Source: Candidatus Poseidoniales archaeon (GTDB lineage Archaea; Thermoplasmatota; Poseidoniia; Poseidoniales; Thalassarchaeaceae). Taken from it: DNA of 64,000 nucleotides. Location of the stretch: positions 5,366 through 69,365 of the forward strand of contig DUDF01000116.1 of NCBI GenBank assembly GCA_012959435.1. Reading direction: 5' to 3'. Of this stretch, positions 36,001 to 43,744 are shown piece after piece. The position numbers and the translations under genes were made by a program. The notes under the pieces are model-generated. The model had not been told where the DNA came from. It was given only the letters and a program-made list of their open reading frames with translations, and ran no database searches. The stretch's first letter is position 1. The number at the start of each line of letters is the position of its first letter.

Positions 36001-38736
36001 ATCTTCAAATGCATCGGTAGGGTCTCGAGGGTCAAGTGACCACTCGTTACCTCCATGGAAATCAGTCCCAATCCATCGACGATTAGCAATTTCCCAACCA
36101 TCGGGCATCCCATCTTTGTCCGTATCTGAATTTGTAGGGTCTGTAGAGCGGTCTGTCCCGCCACTAGCCATGGTCCCAGGGTAGCCAACTGCATATACCT
36201 GAGCGGCAGCATCACCTTCAGTTTGATCACATACATATTCGCCTATCTCATAGTGGCAAGTGAAGTTGGTCTCATCATAGAACCAACCCCAGTATTCAGA
36301 CCCATCAAGCAAACCATCACCATCGGTATCAGATAGCCTTGGGTCGGTGCCATTCCACCCATCGGGGGTACTAGCAATATACCTGAATTCATCTAGATTT
36401 GTCCAGTTATGGTCAATCAAATCATCTACATACGGATTGATATTGATTCCATCAACATCTAAGTCCTCATCCCTATCAAATGGATCTGTTGGGTCAAGTC
36501 CGTGAGCATTCTCCCAACCATCAGGCATCCCATCAAGGTCTGAGTCATTGCTAAACGGATTTATTAGCATACGATTGGAATATCTACCAGGGTATAACCC
36601 AGCGAATACAGTATCATTACCGAGCACATCCATTACTATAATTTCAGTGACAAATCCTGGGATTCTTGTATGTTCATCATCAATCCCCAATACTCTGGCA
36701 TGGTCGCCATCTAAAGTCCAAGTACCGTACCTTGAACCAACTAATATCTCATCACCGAGTGGTAATATCGCATGAACATCATTAGCACCATCTAAATTGT
36801 TTTCATCATTCTGCATCCGGTCCCTAGAGAAAGCAATGGAAGGGTCTGCTTCATCTAACAGAGAAAATTGGTGCACTCCGCCTGCAGTCCCTACCCACAG
36901 TGTCTGGGTACTAGAGATTGTACCATCGGGTTGACGTGGGCCATCCAATACAAGAGCCCTTACATTTGCAGAATGAGAAATGTTCTCATCATTTGCATGG
37001 CGCACATAATTTTCAGCATCGGATTCATTGAATATCCATAGTGCTGGATAATCCCCTGTTGCATCTTCTGTGCTTGCTACTAAGAATCCGTGGTCAGTAC
37101 CGACATAGAGTTTCTTAGCACCACCATTTACAGATGTGTGAGCTACCGCCTGAATTGTTGCATCCTCTATTTCTAAGACTTCAATGAGAGTTTCTGCCTC
37201 TCTTAAATCTGTGATTTGCCCAGAACCATCAATTGTTAATGTCCATGCTTGTGAACCATCACCAGAAACTAACAAGTCAAGATTACCTGACCCTGTATCC
37301 AATTGATATAGGCCCCTGACTGGTTCCATTTCAACGCCTGATATGCCAGCATTCTGATTAAGGAATCCATCACCATCTAAAGTCCAGATTTCAATTCCAC
37401 CGTTAGTAGCGAGAACTAGTCTTTGTTCGCCTCCTTGGTCAGACCACAACATCATGTCGAATAATTCGCCACCTGGTGGGAGAGCTAAATCCCAACTGCC
37501 ACCGGTGCTTGGCTCAAAGATTGTCAGTCCGCGCTTGGTCCCGACATATAGCAATCCAAGCACTTCATCGACTTGTAAGGAGCGTACATCATGATGCATG
37601 ATTCTTGGGCTTGTGCCTTGATCATACATTGATACCATGGCATCATCATCACCTAGAAGAGTTGACTTGAGACCTGCTCTTACCCACGTACCATTATCAA
37701 TGAAAGTATAGTATTCTTCCAAATTAGAATACGCTTCGCCAATGTAAATTGTAGCTCTTGAACCATCAGGCATAATCATGCCATCTCTATTCAAGTCCCA
37801 GCCATCAGAATCACTGTCAAGTAGACTGTCAGACTCATTCAATGGATTTAGTCCGAAGAAAACCTCCCAACCATCAGGGATCGCATCGCCGCGACTACTC
37901 TTCGCTAACTCGCGACTACCAGACCAATAGTAAAAATCGCTATCATTACGTAACGGGTCTGTTCCAAGCCACCCAGGTGAACCAGTAGGTCGGCTAACAT
38001 TATCAGCACAGGCATCCATCAATTCTAGACAACGCAACCCATGTATTTCAGTAGTCCAATTATCCGGTGCATTGTAATTGTACTCTTCGGCATTTGTATA
38101 CCACTCATGCACCTCAATGATTCCATCTCGGTCTACGTCAAATCCATCTCCACAACCAAGTTCACCATCCCAACATCGGTCTGAGTCATTTTGGCCATCG
38201 TGGGGATTTAGTGGGTCAAAACCATCGCATTCCCAAGCCATGGATTCATTTTTCTCACCCGTTTCCCTCATGCACATCCATATCTCGTAACCATCGGGCA
38301 GGCCATCACCATCAGTATCTCCCAGTCTTGGGTCGAGGAACTCTCGCATCCCTGACTCGGTTTGTTCAGGGGGTATTCCAGTGAGTGATTTACGGTCAAC
38401 AAAGCAGTGATCTAAGTCGTAGGGCCAACAATATTCTTCAAGAGAATTGAGGCCATCATTGTCAAAGTCAGATTCATTATCAGATGCATTTTCATAATCA
38501 AGTCCATTTATTGTGTAAACTACATCATCCAATGTGATGTTTCTGTCAACACTATACATTTGCTCATGCAAGTCAGGAATCTTGTCTTTATCGGTGTCCG
38601 TTATCGGTGGACCTTCGCCAGTCGTATCATCAGGATGAACTGAATCAACTTCTGAAGATGGTCTTGACATTGAGACAAAAGCCAGGCTTCCAATCAATAG
38701 CAAAGTGATGAAGAGAACTGTCTGTTTTCTGCGCAT
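33004..38736 (-). CDS. Giant (1,910 aa) secreted acidic protein built from thrombospondin-type-3-like Ca-binding repeats with an inserted beta-propeller-like region
   Basis: Signal peptide and >20 DxDxDG-type motifs, many as DxDxDGxPDGWE. The central region has LYVGT/LWVGT/ILVGS blade-like strands. AGGTGA RBS. Confidence 0.85.
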   Translation of the reverse strand: MRRKQTVLFITLLLIGSLAFVSMSRPSSEVDSVHPDDTTGEGPPITDTDKDKIPDLHEQMYSVDRNITLDDVVYTINGLDYENASDNESDFDNDGLNSLEEYCWPYDLDHCFVDRKSLTGIPPEQTESGMREFLDPRLGDTDGDGLPDGYEIWMCMRETGEKNESMAWECDGFDPLNPHDGQNDSDRCWDGELGCGDGFDVDRDGIIEVHEWYTNAEEYNYNAPDNWTTEIHGLRCLELMDACADNVSRPTGSPGWLGTDPLRNDSDFYYWSGSRELAKSSRGDAIPDGWEVFFGLNPLNESDSLLDSDSDGWDLNRDGMIMPDGSRATIYIGEAYSNLEEYYTFIDNGTWVRAGLKSTLLGDDDAMVSMYDQGTSPRIMHHDVRSLQVDEVLGLLYVGTKRGLTIFEPSTGGSWDLALPPGGELFDMMLWSDQGGEQRLVLATNGGIEIWTLDGDGFLNQNAGISGVEMEPVRGLYQLDTGSGNLDLLVSGDGSQAWTLTIDGSGQITDLREAETLIEVLEIEDATIQAVAHTSVNGGAKKLYVGTDHGFLVASTEDATGDYPALWIFNESDAENYVRHANDENISHSANVRALVLDGPRQPDGTISSTQTLWVGTAGGVHQFSLLDEADPSIAFSRDRMQNDENNLDGANDVHAILPLGDEILVGSRYGTWTLDGDHARVLGIDDEHTRIPGFVTEIIVMDVLGNDTVFAGLYPGRYSNRMLINPFSNDSDLDGMPDGWENAHGLDPTDPFDRDEDLDVDGININPYVDDLIDHNWTNLDEFRYIASTPDGWNGTDPRLSDTDGDGLLDGSEYWGWFYDETNFTCHYEIGEYVCDQTEGDAAAQVYAVGYPGTMASGGTDRSTDPTNSDTDKDGMPDGWEIANRRWIGTDFHGGNEWSLDPRDPTDAFEDADSDGLSNLCEYQWELLLQAALADGLPAFGETAEAAASWSKIDPNNPDSDGDSLPDGWESRYSCTWLISNIGINPLNGSDAFSNPDGDGYDANHDGVIQVEEEFSNWMEYHIRDDQIFGNYTESGAPLPDGFSTSLWNDTWVSSASRPFGESVSVTTIVSVPGMPLTDRGSANPLSADTDGDGMPDGWEVWFARWDTFDSMWTLNPLNESDIFNDPDGDGMTNWEEYNSIDANVTETNENQTSPQYHPFKLGNTLILTPWNLAVGTPSFGSYVSPTQYTMSGATCDPNNADSDGDGLLDGIELLFTQWNSTFANWSLNPLVANDGGGDGDQDSLTDRQELNLTFENPLNGGLAPPDAPKMWEEAYALEPQNFTSRVQSILDNKLGRAFLALDQHSEWVSTGVARPLLATLIGITDPTNNDTDDDGMIDGYEYWFTEWDLDENRWSMNPLTQSDIDADSDDDSYDCNEDGVIQMSERYTNLREYEARIYGKESMRYMFPPGSGLIDFGDDAIAAQMSENSLNWEDARQAIVNIFASKDVTSTERLARINTAWSDNFNISLLGISDPTHPDSDMDGLPDGWEFCYGAYQEVMPVNEYRWTLNPVNPLDVDYDPDEDGWFDRTSGDTPAEQGRWTNHAFTPGAIEDQYAPGNNPLFFTNWMEYDNGTRPDLNDTDGDAVNMVHVANSFDPMITDDYYRSWDLTDGREVFKYGSDATDNDTDWDMLPDWYELKFGWNETNDNWSSYQQVEVVWEQYSILGSVAMRPLHENGGLLERPLLNWTWVTFDPTDPSDSLQDPDRDGNWDCSNAGCTYTPYNNFQEFFGLTNQSITSATLARATPVTIAGTDPPIQIVPQEWWELQNALLAKGRSNEYDWNYLRMFRVNQISDELYALIVDDHDNDYLTINGSDDTPIVKGDWTADWGRVFGDQYHLPNTGLGENVYGWWLLDYDGDMIADGTNPINWDTDGDWLNDWFEIENDMLDGIRGNGPSPIRYDDRTTNSG

Positions 38737-39029
38737 GGGCTCACCTACAGTGTCCGCTGTTTACGAGAGAACCCTACGGGTTTCCTTATGATGCTGATGG
38801 AGCACAGTTCATACAAGCGTTTGAGGGATGCCTGTGAAAAACTACCTGAAGTCATTATTTTCACATTTTTTTTCAAATTTTTAACCTTGATAGAAGAAAG
38901 TTGGGAATCTAAGTGTTTCCACCACCAAAACTAGCCTGTTGGCAACTAGTGTTAAGGGCATCAAAACATATTATTTGACTGAGTTCAGGGGACTTCTTCA
39001 AGGGGTGACCGCGCTCCGACCTGACTTGG

Positions 39030-39830
39030 ATGACACTCTCAATCACTCACCTTGGCTCAGGCTCTGGTGGAAACGCCACCCTCATCGCCACTGATGAGAC
39101 AAAAATCCTACTTGATTGTGGGTTTTCTGGAAAACAAATTGAGAAGCGCCTCGGGATGTTAGAACTCTCTCCAACAGACCTTGATGCCATTCTAATTAGC
39201 CACCACCACATTGACCACTCGAGAGGGGCCGCCATCACCCAAAAACGATGGGGGACAGAAATTTGGGCTAACTTTGAGACTTGTGCCAGATTAGGAATGG
39301 ACCCAGTGAACGAATGCCATTTGTTTGAGGCGCTAACACGTATTGATGTCGGTAGTGATTTGAGTATTCTCCCATTATCAGTCAACCATGATAGGGCCGA
39401 TAATGTTGGGTTCATTGCATCTCATCGCGGGGAGCGGGCCGCAGTGGTAACTGACCTTGGTTCTTGGAACGATGAATTAGCCCGCCACATGGCTGAATGT
39501 GTGCACATTTCTATCGAGGCAAATTATGACTCTGAACGGTTATGGAATGGGCCCTATCCAGAACGCCTTAAACAACGAATTAGTGGACGTGGTGGCCACC
39601 TATCTAATCGGCAAACTGCAGGCCTATTATCGAATGTCGTAGGTGAGCATACACGTAGCATTGTTTTGAGTCACCTGAGTGCTCAAAACAATGCCCCACA
39701 TTTAGCGGAAAGCGAGGTGCTAATGGAGATTGATGAAATGTTTACTGGAGACATCTCAATTAGTACCCAAGAAGGGCCGGAATTTTCCCATTATTTAGGC
39801 CAAGCAGAGTCCGAAAAAATTGCTATTTGA
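39030..39830 (+). CDS. Metallo-beta-lactamase-fold hydrolase (YycJ/WalJ-like)
   Basis: LGSGSGGNA, LLDCG, SHHHIDH (HxHxDH), TDLG, EANYD, GHLSN, LSHLS. Confidence 0.88.
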   Translation: MTLSITHLGSGSGGNATLIATDETKILLDCGFSGKQIEKRLGMLELSPTDLDAILISHHHIDHSRGAAITQKRWGTEIWANFETCARLGMDPVNECHLFEALTRIDVGSDLSILPLSVNHDRADNVGFIASHRGERAAVVTDLGSWNDELARHMAECVHISIEANYDSERLWNGPYPERLKQRISGRGGHLSNRQTAGLLSNVVGEHTRSIVLSHLSAQNNAPHLAESEVLMEIDEMFTGDISISTQEGPEFSHYLGQAESEKIAI

Positions 39831-40032
39831 TAGGTTCTAATCAAGTAGATTAGCAGACGATTCACATCATTCTTGTTTGAATCCAAATACTTAGTTGATA
39901 TCACACAATTTGGTTATGCTACCAACCACATAAGTAATGCTTGATTCCGGGATAGAACCTTAGTCAGATATATCGCCTATGGCGATGTATTTCACAGCGA
40001 ACCCATAAGAACGGGGAGGGTTAGTCACATCT

Positions 40033-41052
40033 GTGAGGCGGAGCGAGAGCCATAACGAGGACGCGGTTAGCGAAATCCTCGGAGTTACTATGCTGTTAGC
40101 CATGGTTGTCACTGTGATTGGGAGCGTGTTTGTACTACTCACCCCATTTCTTGAAGACATCAGCGACAATCGTGAATGGTCATCTGGCACAGTAGCAGCG
40201 ACTCAGTTAAACGACCGGATTTTAATTGCTGCTCAAACCCCAGAGGGTAGTGGATTGGTGCAACAAAACGCTCAACTTTCTCGGTCAATGGACCCACTAC
40301 AAGATGCTGAAATATGGGTGATTCAAGCAGATCTTGGAGGTAGTGACCGAACTGTAGTAACCCTTGATGGTGACCTGCTCACGGTCACCAGTCTCAATCG
40401 CACAGCATCAATTGTAAGAGTTAACGATTCGATTTCAACACAATCTTTCACAATGACAAACCACACAAATAATTTTACTGTTTCAGGTTTAATTGGCAAT
40501 GTGGTCATTGAAGTCGAGGATATTTACGGAACAATATCACATCGTTTCGTAGAGGTGGCAATTGATGGAATCCGCCTCAAAAATGTATTAACAGATGGGG
40601 AATTTTCAGTTGATTTAATCAACGGTGGAAGAATAGAGAAATTACCAAACCAGCCAGTTGTAGTCAAGCAATTCCCTCGTTTTAAAACAGATTTATTACT
40701 TGATGGGACACCAAGAGTTTCACTGATTCTTCTTGACCTTGATATTACATCTTCTGCAAGCCGACATATGACTAACGTACATCTGGATTCAAAAGGTGAA
40801 CAAGCACTATTTGACAGCGAAGCACGGAATCTAATTGTTGAGATTGAAATAGCAGGTGACCCTTCAATACCCCCTCAATATATCCACCACTGGACCGGTG
40901 ATTATGCCCTGTATCTGGCAGGCGACTCAATAAACGAGTACCAAGGATTTGGGCCAAACGGACGCATCTCAGGACTTGACGGGATAACGGTCCTACCAGG
41001 TGATGTACCATTCCAATTTGTTGTGACATTACAATCGGTGGAGGTATACTGA
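40033..41052 (+). CDS. Archaeal type IV pilin-like protein (class III signal peptide)
   Basis: MRRSESHNEDA|VSEILGVTMLLAMVVTVIG: short charged leader followed by a pilin-like hydrophobic helix. Confidence 0.78.
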   Translation: MRRSESHNEDAVSEILGVTMLLAMVVTVIGSVFVLLTPFLEDISDNREWSSGTVAATQLNDRILIAAQTPEGSGLVQQNAQLSRSMDPLQDAEIWVIQADLGGSDRTVVTLDGDLLTVTSLNRTASIVRVNDSISTQSFTMTNHTNNFTVSGLIGNVVIEVEDIYGTISHRFVEVAIDGIRLKNVLTDGEFSVDLINGGRIEKLPNQPVVVKQFPRFKTDLLLDGTPRVSLILLDLDITSSASRHMTNVHLDSKGEQALFDSEARNLIVEIEIAGDPSIPPQYIHHWTGDYALYLAGDSINEYQGFGPNGRISGLDGITVLPGDVPFQFVVTLQSVEVY

Positions 41053-43265
41053 TGCGTCGTAGATTCGATGATGAAGCGGTTTCTGCGGCGATCGCAACTG
41101 TTCTACTGTTTGCTGGTGTGCTTGGTATCATTGCTGGGATGATGGTTACTATCACCCCCCTGATTAATGAGAAACACGGCTCAGTTGAAAGGCAAGCAAT
41201 GGCAGGTCAAATGGAGGATTTAGCTGCTGAAACAGTCAGAATCTCTGAAAATGGGTTGCCGGGAGATTCTGCAATCATACAACTCAGACCACACTCAGGA
41301 GAATTAGGTTGGGACTTAGCCCAGGGAGGGACATGGTATTCGGTTGCCTTCGTTGAGGGTGGTAGTTTGCGTCTTGATGGATTACTAGATTTAGATGACA
41401 AAACTAGAATACGATATTCTGAAAGTGAAGTTTCCGCGGCTTGTTTTTCAGATCTTAGAGCAAATAAGGACGCTACTTGGAATTACAGAATCCCAAGTAT
41501 TAGTGGTACTATTCTGGCCACACCTGCTACCAGCCTCCAACAACCACTTTATGATACCACGGTGAAATACACAACTGGAGTAACTAGTAGTTATTATTCT
41601 CTAATTCCTGGTTCAGTATTGTCAACTTCATCAACTGAAGAAAGTTGGTTACAATCGGATGGCCCACTGAAAGTCATATTCTTACGAGGTAATGGAGGAG
41701 TCACGATGGTTGAGCCTGACCTAGTCAACCCTTCAGATGGTAAAGGAAGGTCATGGACAATACCGATGCCAACTGGGTCTGTTAGTTTACATCTTGTCAG
41801 TTCTGATTTAACTACTGTTAGTTGGGATTCTAATTCCAACTCCGGTACTGCTACTAGTACCGGTTCACCTGCAACGTGGAATAGTGATTTCACCACATTA
41901 GCAGGGGATGTGATGACCGTTCATTCCAGCACCCCTGCGAGATTGATGATGGTTTGGGGTGGCGCCACAGGCGCCACTGTGTGGCCTGATGATGGAGGTA
42001 GTGGATTAGGGATTAGTCACACACTTCCTGCAGCAGCGGGTAGTATTCTGATTGAAAATCCCGAAACCACATCAATAGCTGTTCAGATTGATGGGTTGTT
42101 CAACACTATTTCTGCTCAAAGTTCAATACGAATTCCATGGCCAGCAATATCATCACAGATTGTATCAACTGGTCCAGTACAAGTTCATTGGCTTGCAGAA
42201 GATGCAAGTAACTCTTATCGCACTGGCTCACTTGAAATGATTCCTGCCACAGATACTGGGCGCTCAAGTGGCCTAGAACACTCGTATGCAACACCAACTT
42301 CAGCGGCTGACGAAAGAGTTCTGATTCAGCCAGCCAGCCCCGAAACATCTCTAATATTAATTGCAGACCTTGAAGCGGGCCAATCAGCTCAAATCACAGT
42401 GAACAATTCTAACGGTAGCCACCTAGCAACTCTTACTCCAACGGCTTCAAACTTAGTGAGAACCACAGTTAATTCAACAGACCAACTGGATGACGCACCA
42501 TTCCGAATTATATCAGTAGCAGGAGATGATGGGATGATGGAAATTCGCCAAGATGGAGAGCAGAGATGCTTGCCCATTGGATACTGGGCTTCAGGTTGGG
42601 TTGAATTAAACCTCCCTTGGGAAGATTTTTCACACTATAACACTGCTATTGTGAAGGATGCATGGAAGGATGGGTCACATCCTTTGGGAGTTGAAGTCAC
42701 TCTATTTGGGCCACAAAATGGCGCCCCACATCACACCCTAGCAGCTGCTTGGGGTGCACACTTACCTCGCCTAAACTACGAATTCCAAAGTTCGGTTTCT
42801 GGCATGGAAATTGGCTACCGTGGAGGATTTGTTGGAACCAATCACCCTGAGTATCAAGCCGATGTTCTAATTCTCCCACCAGCACGTGAAGGTCCTGGAC
42901 CAAGATTAGCAGTCACAATACCCCTGACCATGCCTGCAGACAGTTCTTCAATCGGAAATAGCCGAGTTGCTCTTACTGTTTCATTAGATCAAAGAGTTCA
43001 GTTGGTATCTGTACAGGCACATGAAATACGCCGCGGATGGGATGGACCATATGGGTCTGCAATTGCTGCTGAATCATCTCAAGAATTGGCTTTCAGCGCC
43101 GACTGGTTGACATTCCCCGGGCGCATTGACCTTCTCGATGATTATGTTGGCTGGGTACAATTGACGCATTCTAGCCCTGAGGCAATTTACCATGCATCTG
43201 GTGAATCGATAATGTTCAATCTACAACTGAGTCAGATATCTATTGATACGGAGTTGATTATTTGA
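41052..43265 (+). CDS. Large type IV pilin-like protein (class III signal peptide, S/T-rich beta ectodomain)
   Basis: MRRRFDDEA|VSAAIATVLLFAGVLGIIAG. TGATG overlap with the previous gene and GGAGGT RBS. Confidence 0.78.
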   Translation: MRRRFDDEAVSAAIATVLLFAGVLGIIAGMMVTITPLINEKHGSVERQAMAGQMEDLAAETVRISENGLPGDSAIIQLRPHSGELGWDLAQGGTWYSVAFVEGGSLRLDGLLDLDDKTRIRYSESEVSAACFSDLRANKDATWNYRIPSISGTILATPATSLQQPLYDTTVKYTTGVTSSYYSLIPGSVLSTSSTEESWLQSDGPLKVIFLRGNGGVTMVEPDLVNPSDGKGRSWTIPMPTGSVSLHLVSSDLTTVSWDSNSNSGTATSTGSPATWNSDFTTLAGDVMTVHSSTPARLMMVWGGATGATVWPDDGGSGLGISHTLPAAAGSILIENPETTSIAVQIDGLFNTISAQSSIRIPWPAISSQIVSTGPVQVHWLAEDASNSYRTGSLEMIPATDTGRSSGLEHSYATPTSAADERVLIQPASPETSLILIADLEAGQSAQITVNNSNGSHLATLTPTASNLVRTTVNSTDQLDDAPFRIISVAGDDGMMEIRQDGEQRCLPIGYWASGWVELNLPWEDFSHYNTAIVKDAWKDGSHPLGVEVTLFGPQNGAPHHTLAAAWGAHLPRLNYEFQSSVSGMEIGYRGGFVGTNHPEYQADVLILPPAREGPGPRLAVTIPLTMPADSSSIGNSRVALTVSLDQRVQLVSVQAHEIRRGWDGPYGSAIAAESSQELAFSADWLTFPGRIDLLDDYVGWVQLTHSSPEAIYHASGESIMFNLQLSQISIDTELII

Positions 43266-43738
43266 GACGCAATTCAGAATTTATGCGCGATACTGTTGCC
43301 GCAGCCACCGAGTTAGGGTATGTGCTGACTTTCTTGCTTGGACTCTCATTCCTGTCAGTATTCAGTATTTGGACATGGGAACTTCAGGATGAGCGAGGAG
43401 ATGTATGGTTAGAACAGGCAATGGAGGAGAACTTAGATTCCATCGCAGAAGCAGTGGAACGAGCAGATCTTGCTAGCCGGCAGGAAGGTGATATCACCTA
43501 TGCTGAACCAGTTGACCTACTTTTATCTAAAGCAGTAAATCTTCAATTAAGATTAATATTAAACGATAATGAATTATTAATGCAAGATAAAGGTGAAACT
43601 TTGGTATTCTCAAGAGATATTTCGTCGGCTAGTGCCACCAACCATAGCGGAGAAGTAGAATTAGCTGGTTTACAACGAATATGGGTATTGCTTCAGGGAA
43701 ATAATGTAACTATCACCAGTAACCAACCAGGATTCTAG
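43262..43738 (+). CDS. Small pilin-like protein
   Basis: RDTVA|AATELGYVLTFLLGLSFLSVF. The TTG start overlaps the upstream stop; ATG 43283 is an alternative start. Confidence 0.65.
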   Translation: MRRNSEFMRDTVAAATELGYVLTFLLGLSFLSVFSIWTWELQDERGDVWLEQAMEENLDSIAEAVERADLASRQEGDITYAEPVDLLLSKAVNLQLRLILNDNELLMQDKGETLVFSRDISSASATNHSGEVELAGLQRIWVLLQGNNVTITSNQPGF

Positions 43739-43744
43739 ACCTGA

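Noticed and set aside
33004..38736. Recurrent DNA words such as TCCCAACCATC suggesting a CRISPR or repeat array
   Set aside because: Irregular spacing, degenerate third positions and in-frame location show they encode DGWE protein repeats.
38770..38782. AACCC-TAC-GGGTT inverted repeat in the leader of the 1,910-aa gene
   Set aside because: Only a 5-bp perfect stem, expected by chance; no other support.
38737..40032. Intergenic gaps (38737-39029 and 39831-40032; also 13360-13602 and 32816-33003) as possible tRNA/ncRNA loci
   Set aside because: AT-rich, with no cloverleaf, T-loop or GC-rich structured segment recognisable by eye. An Infernal/tRNAscan-SE run would be needed to exclude them fully.
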